DNA of 64,000 nt from Macrostomum lignano (taxonomy: Eukaryota): positions 1 to 64,000 of the forward strand of contig NIVC01002463.1 of assembly GCA_002269645.1 (NCBI GenBank), written 5' to 3'. Positions 1-11,487 of this stretch are shown piece by piece (within the stretch, counting starts at the first letter, position 1; each line of letters starts with the position of its first letter). Under the pieces are notes generated by a model, which searched no databases, was not told where the DNA came from, and was given only the letters and a program-made list of their open reading frames with translations. The translations under genes and the position numbers were made by a program.

Positions 1-859
1 AATCCAGATATGTTTTGCTTCCAAGAAGAATCGCAGTCCATGCGCGCGTGCAAGACCGGGCCAAAGGAAACGCCTCAGAGATCTTTGGTGCGGGCAACAT
101 CTGCCGCTAGCCTAGCTGACGCGCTTGCACCGCGGGTGCTGCTGTGTGGCCCAAGGCTTGAAGCGATTGAACTGGCAAGGGGGGGGGGGGTCCGGCGCCG
201 CCTCTCGCCTTCTGCATGACTATTAAATTCAAGTCAGGCGGGCCCTGCATGTCTTTTTTTAGCCATGGGGGGTGGGGGCGCACGGGATTAAGGATAAGCG
301 GGCCGAGTTGGGGGGCTAAGCTGGGGAGGGGGGGGGCAGGGAAAGGCAGAGGCTACACGGCCGCATGCTTGCTGTTATACTGGCAGTTCTGGCTCGATGC
401 CAATGGGAAATATGAGGATCTGAAGATTAGAGCTAGAGAAGGTCAGTCCCGATTATTATTGAGCTCGATTATTAATATTATTAATTATTAAGAGCTGATT
501 GCAAGCTGTCCGATTGTGTGCGGATCGTGCAAACTCAAGGCTGCCTATGCAAGCAATGAACTCTGCATCAGTAGGTAGGCTGACCTCGCAAAGGATTACC
601 GGGAGTTTACCTTTTGTCAAGAGTTCCTAGCATTTCTCGTAATTCATTATTGAGTCCAGCTGCAAGGTGGAGACTATGGAGAAGAGAGAGCTACATGTAT
701 ATGGCGAACACCGAAAAAACAACCTGAACCGGAGGGGCAATGTATTTTCCTTTGGATATTTGTACTTTAGAACCAGTATCAGAAGATACGTGTTGATGTC
801 AAATAGACTCGTAGAAATGACACGAAGATTCAATTCTCGACCCACTCGAAACAATTTGC

Positions 860-1036
860 GTCCTTGAGCAAGGCACTTTACATTGCTTCAGTTCACGCAG
901 TAAAATGAGTGCCAAAATAAATGACCGCCCAGTCCTTGGACTGAACAGCCGTACGCAGCCTTCAGATGCGCCGCGTAATAGCTGCGGCTGAGCTGTCGGT
1001 TGCACATCTGTCCATTAGGGCAGGTGTAATAAAAAA
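860..1036 (+). mobile_element. 5'-truncated copy of the tRNA-derived CORE-like SINE
   Basis: gtccttgagcaaggcact...cagtccttggactgaacagccgtacgcagccttcagatgcgccgc...gcacatctg matches the body and 3' part of the copies at 15558-15846 and 44603-44890; ends in an A-rich tail. Confidence 0.85.
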
Positions 1037-1044
1037 GTAATCTC

Positions 1045-1232
1045 TAGGAGTGATCTCTCACTAGTTTCTAGAGAGATCTCTAGGAGATTCAGGGTGGTCT
1101 CATCGAGATTCGGAAGATCTCTGAGAGATTCCTATAGAGATCTCAAGGAGATTCTGGGAAAAAACACATGAAGATCTGTTGAGATCTCAAGGAGGTTCAA
1201 TATGATCTACGCCAGGTTCAGAGAGATCTCAA
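1045..1232. repeat. Degenerate cluster of GAGATCTC/AGATCT palindromic motifs
   Basis: Repeated gagatctc/agatct words just upstream of the GTPase exon. Confidence 0.5.
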
Positions 1233-1275
1233 TACCACACTCTTCAAAAGTGCACGTTTCAACCTCGGGATCCAG

Positions 1276-1520
1276 GTCAGGAAGAGTACGACCAGCTGCG
1301 GATTCTGAGCTACCCGCAGACCGACGTGATGATAATCTGTTTCTCGCTGGACAACCCGGTAAGCTGTGACAATGTCCGCTCCAAGTGGGTGCCGGAGGTC
1401 CGACACTACGCGCCGAACACCCCGATCCTGCTGGTGGGCACCAAGCGCGATCTCAGGGAAGACCCAGCTACAGTGGAACGGCTGAAGGCCAAGAATCGAA
1501 GCCCTGTGTCGACACTGAAG
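1276..1520 (+). CDS. Rho-family small GTPase (Rac/RhoG/MIG-2-like), internal exon; the N-terminal exon(s) were not found in the window
   Basis: Acceptor ccag at 1272-1275, phase 1. Reads (G)[81 protein letters not shown], containing switch II and G4 (TKRD). Donor gtgagt at 1521. Confidence 0.93.
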
Positions 1521-2168
1521 GTGAGTTTTTAGACTGTACAGGTGGTGGTGCACAATGAATTTGCATTAATTTGGTTGAATTATCGTTCGACGGATGCATG
1601 ACCTAATGAGTCAAATGCTGGTGAATATACGAGCGTATGTTTGCCGAAGTAGCGGAGCTTTTGTCTATGGTAGCAAGCCGACACTGCAGCAGTTAATTTG
1701 GTTGAGACCCAATCATGAGCTACAATGTGGTACAAGGTGACGTCAAAAATGCAATCTGCTTACATCTAACTATAACAAAAACAAAAATGAGCACTTTAGC
1801 CTAGTCAAAAGAAGCCCTTGGCGTTCGTTCGACAGTCTTAGCACATAGTCCACGATTCTGGGGCTAATCTTGATCCTCCACAGCCGTTGCAAATGAAGCA
1901 TTACTTTCGTCCTCACTGCTTGTGACATGAAAATCTAAGGGGTGAAACTTTAAAGCCGTTATGGACCAAATTAAATGTTGCAGTGCCAAGCCTCGCTATC
2001 ATAGACAAAAGCTCCGTTACTTTGGCAAACATATTCAATATCTTGGATTAAATTAAATTCAATGCGTGTAAGCCTAAATGGGCTTGACAAAAGTGCATAT
2101 TTTACTTACAAAGTTTCAGCTAAAGTATACACCTAAGCAATTATTACGAATAATGCTATAAAAACTAG

Positions 2169-2330
2169 GGCACGGCTCTGGCCAAGGAGGTCCGAGCCGT
2201 CCGCTACCTCGAATGCTCCTCCAAGCTGCAGCACGAGGTCAAGGCCGTGTTCGACGAGGCCATTCGAATCGTGCTGACGCCCGGCCCGCAGAAGAAGGAG
2301 CAAAGAAAGAAGGACTGCGCCATGCTGTAG
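2169..2330 (+). CDS. Rho-family GTPase terminal exon with CAAX box
   Basis: Acceptor ctag at 2165-2168, phase 0. Reads [53 protein letters not shown]: G5 motif, polybasic tail and CAML prenylation motif. Confidence 0.93.
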   Translation, partial: GTALAKEVRAVRYLECSSKLQHEVKAVFDEAIRIVLTPGPQKKEQRKKDCAML

Positions 2331-4093
2331 CTCTGATCCTAAGCTGCCTTCGTGCAGATTGGCCACCTCCGCTTCCGCCCAGCAACACTTTTTTCCGCTC
2401 TGTGTTATGAAAGATTTTTTTGGACAAAAGCGCAATTTTCATAGCATTAATTGCAGTTTTGGCGCAGGCGGCACCTGTTGCTTTCAGAAACACCTGCTAC
2501 TGCTGCTGCCGTGTAAGGGTTGAAAGACAAGCTGCAATGCTAAACTGCAATTCTTTAACTTTTTTCACTTCCTATGTCGCTATTTTATAGTTAGTTGTAA
2601 AGGAAAGCTTTTTTCAAGAATTATTCTCAAGTAAGCTTATTTTATTCTTAAAAGTGTCCTATTGGGAATTGAGGACCAAGGGTCAGACCAGGCTTTTTCG
2701 ACTGCAATTTAATTTTTATGTAAGACAGAATTCGTTGATAACGTCTTGTCGCTTCATGTGGCAAAAAATGAGACAAAACACGATACGTTAAATTTGGCTA
2801 TAGTTGCTTATAATTACGAAAGTCATATTTATTCCTCGTTACTGTAATGTACTTGTAAATACCAAAATTTTGAATAATTACAGAAAAAATGATGTAGAAG
2901 CAACTATATTATGTACTTGTAAAATATGATTAATAACTATACGCCCTCTTTATGGCCAGTCTGTAATAATCAATCCGGCAAAAAATAAAAAACAGATCTT
3001 CTTCATGAACTTTGCAAACTGACCTGGTGTTTCAAGATTGGTAATTTCGTCAGCGGAATTATGAACTGGTGCGAGGCGATTAGTGGGTGAAGGCCTGGGG
3101 ATGGGGGATGGCGCCTGCGCACCTGGTCCAGGCCAGCAGCCCCTTGTTGAAGGCGCCATAATTAGTTTGCCTTTCTTTCAACTCTCCACACTGTGAGGCT
3201 TCGCTGACCGCCAGACTAAAGGAACTATCAGCCGATGGATGAGTCAGCACTGCTGGCCGGACTGTGCTCGTTCAGGGACTTCTGGGAACATCCCTGGACT
3301 GGAAAGGAAGCTTTTTTAGCACTGTTGAAGAGAGATCGACTCAAAATTTGGTTGCTCGAGTAGAAAACTTTTCCCGGAGCTTGTCGCGACTCGCGATATT
3401 CTCGTCAACAAGGAAAATCCGGAGGCTCAGTGCATGTACGTATCCATGCTTGAGCACAGGTAGACATGTCTGCTTGCCTCCTTGTTGGCTGGGGGTTGAA
3501 TTTTCAAAAAATAATTTGTATGTCCTTTAATAACTTTTGATTAAACTAACGTAATTAACTTCATTAAGTACTAAAGTACTACTTATTAATTAACTTAAGT
3601 AGTCTATTAAAACCAAATCCCGTAAGACCTTATAGTCTCACTTATCTCAGTTTGTAGTTCAAATAAAGTATTTATTCATGAACCGCGGATTCAGTCTAAA
3701 ACGTGGGCTTCCAGTCCAGACTGTAGTAGTCTACGGGAGTCCATGGCTTCACTGACAAATCCTGTCCATGAGGTGTTAGTTCGCTGGTCCTGTTTCTACA
3801 AGTTTCGCGACTAAACCAGGCGAAGAACTTTTTTAGCAGCTAGCGGTAGCGGACCAGCCAGCCAGTCAGTCAGTTCCGTTATCAGCTATCTGGAAATCTT
3901 ATGCCGCCTGTCTTTCTCTCTGTGAGGCAGCGGGGCTTTAACTGATTCTCGCTGTTTGGGAAGTCTTTCACGGCTATAACAGACCATATTTACAGTGGTC
4001 CTTGCATCAGTGGCGTACGAGCGGGGACCAAACGCCAAAAAAGTGGGATTCACTGTCACTCCCAGGGGCACCATATTTGGCCGTCGTGGGAGT

Positions 4094-4622
4094 CTGACTA
4101 TTGGGGTGTCTCGGGACTGACAATTGGGGTGTCTCGGGGCTGACAATTCCAGTGTCTCGGGACTGACAATTGGGGTGTCTCGGGACTGACAATTGGGGTG
4201 TCTCGGGGCTGACAATTGGGGTGTCTCGGGACTGACAATTGGGGTGTCTTGGGGCTGACAATTGGGGTGTCTCGGGACTGACAATTGGGGTGTCTCGGGG
4301 CTGACAATTGGGGTGTCTCGGGACTGACAATTCCAGTGTCTGGGGGCTGACAATTCCAGTGTCTGGGGGCTGACAATTCTAGTGTCTGGGGGCTGACAAC
4401 TCCAGTGTCTCGGGGCTGAGAATTCCAGTGTCTGGGGGCTGACAACTCCAGTGTCTGGGGGCTGACAACTCCAGTGTCTCGGGGCTGACAATTCCAGTGT
4501 CTGGGGGCTGACAACTCCAGTGTCTGGGGGCTGACAACTCCAGTGTCTGGGGGCTGACAACTCTAGTGTCTGGGGGCTGACAACTCCAATGTCTGGGGCT
4601 GAAAATTTCAGTGTCTGGGGCA
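4094..4622. repeat. 23-bp minisatellite, about 23 copies
   Basis: Unit CTGACAATTGGGGTGTCTCGGG(A/G) changing to CTGACAA(C/T)TCCAGTGTCTGGGGG; explains the SPETPQL/PRHPNCQ pseudo-ORFs. Confidence 0.95.
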
Positions 4623-5016
4623 CTAAATCCACTGTTGGCTGCTGCCACTGCAAGAGCTCCGGTTTTCGCTCAGTCCAAGCCCCACACTCGGTGGGCTTTA
4701 AGCGGCGACAGGATGTCCGAAAAAATCCCCGTTCCCGGGCCGAAGCGGGACTACCTGCAGTCTGGCTGCAGTCGCGAATCCCCGGGTTCATTCAGACAGA
4801 GGCCGCGTATCGACGAGTCTGCACTGCAGAGAATTACTGCACACCCGGCCCAGCCAGTTGCTATGGGCCTTCGTAGTTGTTGCTTGTTTTTCACTGTCAG
4901 GTCGCATAGACTGCACAGCTAGCCCCATAGCTATGCACTTTTGTTGCCGCGGCTAAGCAGATAATTTCCTGGATAGTCGATGAATTCTGTAAACAGAATT
5001 TCTGCACGAGATCGGA

Positions 5017-5263
<247 letters not shown>

Positions 5264-5264
<1 letters not shown>

Positions 5265-5625
5265 GTTTCCGGTGATCTTGTGTGCGTGCTTTCAGCTTGA
5301 TTGGCTGCGGCAAGCAAGCTCGAAAGAGCTCGCTTCGCTCGCTCTTTCTCGCTATCTACCATCTATTGCCAGGACCTGCACCGGAGCGGTTACGAAAATT
5401 AGATTTCTCGGTAGTTGCACGTACTCTTTTGCACTACTTGAGTAGTCTGATTTTCGTTCGGCATGGCTGGTTCCAGCAGGTAGTTCCTCTGGATAAAAGC
5501 GCTTACCGCGCCCATTGGCTTTCCAGCTGCCTTAATCGTTTCCGGTGATCTTGTGTGCGTGCTTTCAGCTTGATTGGCTGCGGCAAGCAAGCTCGAAAGA
5601 GCTCGCTTCGCTCGCTCTTTCTCGC

Positions 5626-5631
<6 letters not shown>
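5264..5631. repeat. About 95-bp direct duplication (5264-5358 and 5537-5631) between two (TATC)n arrays
   Basis: cgtttccggtgatcttgtgtgcgtgctttcagcttgattggctgcggcaagcaagctcgaaagagctcgcttcgctcgctctttctcgctatctac occurs twice. Confidence 0.9.
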
Positions 5632-5814
<183 letters not shown>

Positions 5815-6611
5815 AAACGAAAAGTTAACTAAAAGAAATAAAAATTGTACTTAAGGAATACTACTCGTAACTTTGCTAGTTTAACTCAGAAATGTATGCT
5901 ACTATTCATGCTATACTGACAGACAATTCAGAATTTGCTTTAGAATTGACGAAACTAATGCTTTACCGATACTACTGAATACCGTAGTAGTACGAAATGT
6001 TTATAATAAAAAACTGAACCAGATTTAAGCTGCTATGGCCTTCTAAAGATATATTTACTGCCAACTTTTAATGTCAATATTGTAGTCAACTGACAACACG
6101 AAATATCACTGATGGAAAAAGTACTTACAGGTAGGTACTACTTGGTATATAAGTAATACTTGTAGCAAGTTGGACTATATAATATATCTTCAAATTAGGG
6201 AGCGGAGAATGACAATAAATTGTTTTGAGAAGACAATTCTAATTGAAACAGTGAAACTGGGTCGCAGTAAAACCAGCTAAATATATATTTTTGCACGAGT
6301 TAGTCAAGTTAAATCTTTTATCAGAAGATGACTGTTTGCCCGGTTTTCGTTGCATAGAATTTGGAGAGAATCGAAGTTTTTCATTTCCTAAGCTCTCGAA
6401 TTGCAAACGGGGGCAAGTAAGGACATCGCGCTTGTCGTGAAGGCTGATGCAGTAATTTCTCGGGATAGAGTCTGAATGGAAGACAGCAACATGCCGGATG
6501 CAACTGTGAGCTTGAAGGGGATTTTGAAAATTTTGGTTCTTAGTATCATTTTTTGAATGGACACTCCGTCTGGAAAATTTGCCCTGCTTGCCCAACGTCT
6601 ATAAAAATAGC

Positions 6612-6856
6612 TTGAGAACCTTGAGAACCTCGTAACCTTGAGAATTTCGTAAGGCCGCATAAAATGAAATGTCATACAGTACGAGTACATAAGCATTTTG
6701 AGTTTTCGGTCTTATGAAGTTTCGGTCTTGTGAAGGGCCCTGCATTTTGAGTTTTCGGCGTTGTGAAATTTCGGTCTTATGAAGTTTCGGTCTTGTGAAA
6801 TTTCGGTCTTATGAAATTTCGGTCTTATGAAATTTCGGTCTTATGAAAGCGACCCT
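6612..6856. repeat. Tandem 16-bp GAAATTTCGGTCTT(A/G)T motif cluster, possibly the subterminal repeats of a non-autonomous DNA transposon end
   Basis: About 8 copies of tttcggtctt(a/g)tgaa at 6700-6848 ending in gcgaccc; a gggtcgc at about 6259 could be the other terminus (weak). Confidence 0.5.
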
Positions 6857-7265
6857 CTAAGACGACGAGATTTCGCGGTACGAGTTGCCAAAAACTCTTC
6901 GAAGAGTCGCCTAAGAGTCAATTTGAGGTGTTTTATTGCCTGCATTTCTAAAACTACTCTGGGGCCGTAGAGTCAGATCTGTGCTCGAGTCGTTGTAGAA
7001 TCGCTGAGTTGCGTCTAAAGCGCACCTGCGTTACTTTAAGAAATTAGAATAGCATTTCTACTTGCCTACTTGAGTTAGTAGAAAGTTTAGCGCTAACACA
7101 ACAAAATAGTAGAACGAAGTTGTTTGCAATGACTCTTTAGCGACTCTTTTTCAAGACAGCGTTTTCAACGGGGGTAAAGCTAGAAAGCTGAAAACTTCTC
7201 ATCTTGCACACACGCAGCTTCCTTTTATTCGAGTTTTTTAATCACGCAAGACAAAAAAATGTAGG

Positions 7266-8314
7266 TCAATCGCCGCTCCTGCCAGATGCGTCAGCCTCGC
7301 CGGCAGCGGTTGTCGTCGTCTCCGCTGTTGCCGCTTCACCCGGGCTGTTCAACTCGCTGGGATAGTCCAGCCACCTGTAGGCCCTGGAGATGAGCAGCAG
7401 GGACACCACCATGAGCTCCATCATGATGAGGAACACCAGCCAGGCCAGCCGCTGCAGGGTGCCGCCGATCAGGAGGCCCACCAGGATGGCCAGAGCGGAC
7501 ACGGACCTGAAGATGCCCTGCGCAATGTCCATCTCGCCAAGCGGCAGGCCTTTGCTGTACATGCTGTCGGGCAGGGCGATGGCGAACGGGATGCCGATCA
7601 CGTGACCAACGATTCCGGTCAGCAGCAGGCCGATGTACAGCGACTTCTGGTGGTTGTTGATGAAGATCAGCGTGACGAAGCTCCAGAAGTACACCGCGAT
7701 GAGGAAGGCGACGCCGAGAATCAACAGCAGCCGGTCGGGGAACTTCGAGGACAGGTAGCGGACCAGGAGGTACACGAAGATGACTAGGATGCCTGCGCCC
7801 AGGTACACCAGGCTGGTGTTCTGCTCGTCCCAGTCAAAGTAGCGCTGAGCCACCGGCAACAGGACGGACTCGAGCGCCATCAGGCTAAAGTAGCTGGAGA
7901 AGGTGACGAACAGCATTGCGAAGGTGTCCGGCTTGAAGAACATGCGCACCTTGGCGGAGTTAAGCTGTCGAGTCAGCCGGTCGCACAGCCGGCGACAGCG
8001 GCCTCCCTCGCTGGCCTCCGTCGGCGGCAGCGACAGCGGCGGGTCGGCGGCGGCGGCATCGGCGGCGCTGAGATTCTCGTTGGAGGCGGCGCGCGACGAC
8101 TTGGCGCTGACGGTGGTCGGCTCGGCTGATTCGGCTGCCGCCTGGCCGTCCGGCTGCATGCGGTCGTGGCTGATGTAGGGGTACACCACGATGACGGCCA
8201 CCGTGTGCACAGCCCACAGAAAGGCCATGAGCAGCCCGGGCGTGTTGTACACGTTGATGACAAAGTTCTGCACCCGGTAGCGCACCGGATGAATTATCAG
8301 TGTCAGGGCCGGGC
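7266..8314 (-). CDS. MFSD8: MFSD8/CLN7-like major facilitator transporter, exon 3 (terminal)
   Basis: Acceptor accag at 8315-8319, phase 1. Reads (G)PALTLIIHPVRYRVQNFVINVYNTPGLLMAFLW...ESVLLPVAQRYFDW...; multiple TM helices; TGA at 7266-7268. Confidence 0.85.
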
Positions 8315-8440
8315 CTGGTGGTTACGGGATGGGAGTGGCGTTGTTGCCCAACTGACTGAACTTCTCTATGGACGGTTTTCCACGAGGTGCTCCTCCGTGG
8401 ATTAAAGACTGGCTGCTGTACCGTTTCGATGCAACGGTTA

Positions 8441-8463
8441 TCTCTACCTATAAAAATCAAAAC

Positions 8464-8496
<33 letters not shown>

Positions 8497-9799
8497 GGAC
8501 AAATTACTTCGCTATGGACTCCCAAACCGCTCAACCAAATTACACCAAACTTTACACCCACCCTAAACTTACTACGGAGAATGTCTTAGGCTACCTTTAA
8601 ATTTCCTAAATTTGAGTCTTCCTACCTAGAAGTACAAAAAAGTGCTCAAAATGCGCGATATTTTCACTAAATCCTCAATAGCGCCGCTCCAATTTTACCG
8701 ATTCTCTTCAAATTTGACACAGACAATCTTCAACTATTTTGGCACAACCATGTAAAATTTCGAGTCTTAAAGTTAATCCTGAGCGGTGCTGTGTACTTTT
8801 AAAATTAGGCTGTTTTTTGCAGCGTAGCAACCACCCCAACCTCCGCCCGCCTGCCTCTCTTTCCCGATCTGGGCCCAGATGTGTAAAAGGGTTTCAAAAT
8901 TGACTAACTTTCAGCTGCCATAAGTTTGCTCCACGTAAAGCGATTGACTTCAAACTTGACACAATTCTTCATTGACTCATTCTCTATCTAAATGTAAAGT
9001 TTCAACTCTGTATCTCAATCAGGACGGAAACTGTAAGCATGTGAAGTTTGTCTGCTTTTTCTGTTGTTTGTGCCACTCACTCACTCATTGCCCCAGCCCA
9101 GACGAAGGGTCAGGCGATAGGGCTGAATGTACATGGCAACGTACAGTGTTTTGGAATAACTTTTAATAGCCTTCTCTGCACCCCGCGAGTGGAGAGGCGT
9201 GGAGAGGAGAGACAGTTTCAGCGAGAGATTCAATCCACTGTCCTCTGTATAGACAAGTCTGCAGCAGTTTAACAGTGGATGGCAAACAGGCAAATCAAGG
9301 CGATGCGGGATGGTTTGTAAAAATAGCGAAAAATTAATGAATAACTTATTACAATGCAAACCTACTAAATTAGTTACACCATGAAGCTTTTAACATAAAG
9401 TTTCGCATAGTGTAACTTTAAAATTTAAATGACTCCTAAGAAATGCGCATTTCCTTGGTTGTTAGACTGCTGCAGAGTGCAGACTGTGGTGGTGGAGCTG
9501 GAGATACACAAATTCCTCTCAGGGCTGCTAATTGGCCAGAAAGGTGACGTGATTAAAGCATGAGAAATGATAACCATGATAGTACTACATCCCACAAACT
9601 GGCTTTCGAAGCAGGGATCGGTAGATTTTTAACTCAAAGGCCAGATAAAGAATCCAGCTCATGGAGTCATGGGCACATGGCTGCGGGCCAGATGAGAGTG
9701 AAAAAGAAAAGGAATAGACTATTAGAAAGAGAGGAAGGGCGAGAGGGGGGTAAGAGAAAAGATATAAGATAACAGGAGAGAGGAGATAAGAGATGAGAA

Positions 9800-9875
<76 letters not shown>

Positions 9876-11487
9876 AAGAAAGAAGAGAGGAGAAAGGAGA
9901 GATGATAAAGTAAAGGGAAGAAGAGGAGAGAGGAAAGAGATGAGATTGTGGAGATGAGAGATGAAGGAAGAGAGGGCAGAGTGCAAAGAGACAAGAGAAG
10001 AGAATAGAGGGGAGAGAGTATAGAAGAGGGAAGAGAAGAGGAGTAAGAAGAGAGGATTCAGTAGAGGGGAAAGAGAAGAGTACACAGGAGAGTGGAGAGT
10101 AAAGATGACAGAAGAGAGTGGGGGTAGAGAGCAAAGATGAGAGTGAACGCGATATATGAGAGGAGAGAGGAGAGTGAAGAGAGAAAAGAGAAGACAAGAG
10201 AGGGAGAGAATAGAAGAGGGAAGAGAAGAGAAGGGAAAAAGGAGAAAGGAAAGAGAGGAGTCAAAAGAGGGGAAAGATCGAAGAGTACAGATGAGAGAGG
10301 TGAGAGAACATACGAGTATAAGAGAGTAAAGATGGCAGATGAGAGAGGGGAGATGAGAGACCAGAGACGAGAGTGAACAGATAAGAGATGGGAGAGTGGA
10401 GAGAAAAAAGGATAGAAATAAGAGATGAGAGGTGAGACAAAGGGAGAGAGAAGTGAGTGAGGAGAGAGGAGGGGAGGGGAGAGAACTGAGAGGACAGGGG
10501 AAAGAGGAGAAAGGACGAGAGAGTAGAGAGAATCTGAGTGAGGAGAGAGGATGGGAGGGGAGAGAATCTGAGTGAGGAGAGAGGATGGGAGGGGAGAGAA
10601 TCTGAGTGAGGAGAGAGGATGGGAGGGGAGAGAATCGAGAGGCCAGGGGAAATTGGTGTAAAGGAGAAGATAGGAGAGGAAAGAGGGGAGAGATTAGAGA
10701 GAAGAGAGATGAGAGGAGAGAGAGAAAGGGGGAGAGGAGAGAGAGCAGATAGAAATGAGAAAAGAGAAGACAGAGAAAATAAAAGAAGAGAAATGAGAGA
10801 TAAGAGAGGAAAGAAGAGAAAACTGAGAGGTGAGGGAAGAGACGATAGAAGAGATGAGAGGAGAGAGTGGACAGAGGAGAGGAGAGAGTTGAAAGAAGAG
10901 AGGAAAAAGGAGAGAGGAGATATGAGGGAAGTGTTGAGAGAGAGTACAGTAAAGAGTGAGAAGAGGGGAGAGGGAACAGAGAGTAGAGAGCAGAGAGAAG
11001 AGAGAGCAGAGAAGAGAGAGTAGAGAGCAGAAAGAAATGAGAAGAGATAAAAGAGGAGAAAGGAGATTTTTGAGATCAAAGACCAGAAAGAAGAGAGGAG
11101 GAGAGAGAAAGGAATAGAGGGGAGAGGGAAGAGACGAGAGAAGAGGGGAGAGAGGAGAGAGGAGAGGTGAGAGACGAGAGAGAAGATAGGAAACAGAAGA
11201 GAAGATAGAAGTTTCAAAGGATACAAGGGACATGGGGAGAAGCAGAGGTAAAGGCCAGGCCAGAGTTTGCCTGACATTCTGGGCAGCACCCCAGCTAATA
11301 ATTTCAATATTTGCCACAAATCCTAATTTTACATGAATGTACTCTATTTTATTTTTAGCTCTATCCTAAATTACTAACTATTAATAAGTTTTTGTTTAAG
11401 TATGACTTCCGATTGTAGAATACACGCAAAAATAGTTCCGGGGATTGGAGTTCCACGGGTTTAAAATCCGCGGGTTTCAACAGCTTG
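8441..11487 (+). mobile_element. Non-autonomous Helitron-like element, copy 1 (about 3.05 kb)
   Basis: Preceded by A. Starts TCTCTACCTATAAAAA followed by a short (TCTG)n; ends with a GC hairpin/palindrome (ccgcgg) and CTTG (CTRR-like). Carries a long GA-rich tract and no Rep/helicase ORF. Confidence 0.75.
9690..11260. repeat. Purine-rich (GA) low-complexity tract inside Helitron-like copy 1
   Basis: Almost only G/A on the + strand; includes (GA)n and a triplicated 33-mer near 10527-10630. Confidence 0.9.

Noticed and set aside
547-620. ATG CAA GCA ATG (MQAM) resembling the Rac N-terminus MQAIK
   Set aside because: No GxxxxGKT P-loop follows; likely coincidence.
3886-4791. 301-aa ORF
   Set aside because: Mostly the 23-bp minisatellite; flanks show no recognisable domain.
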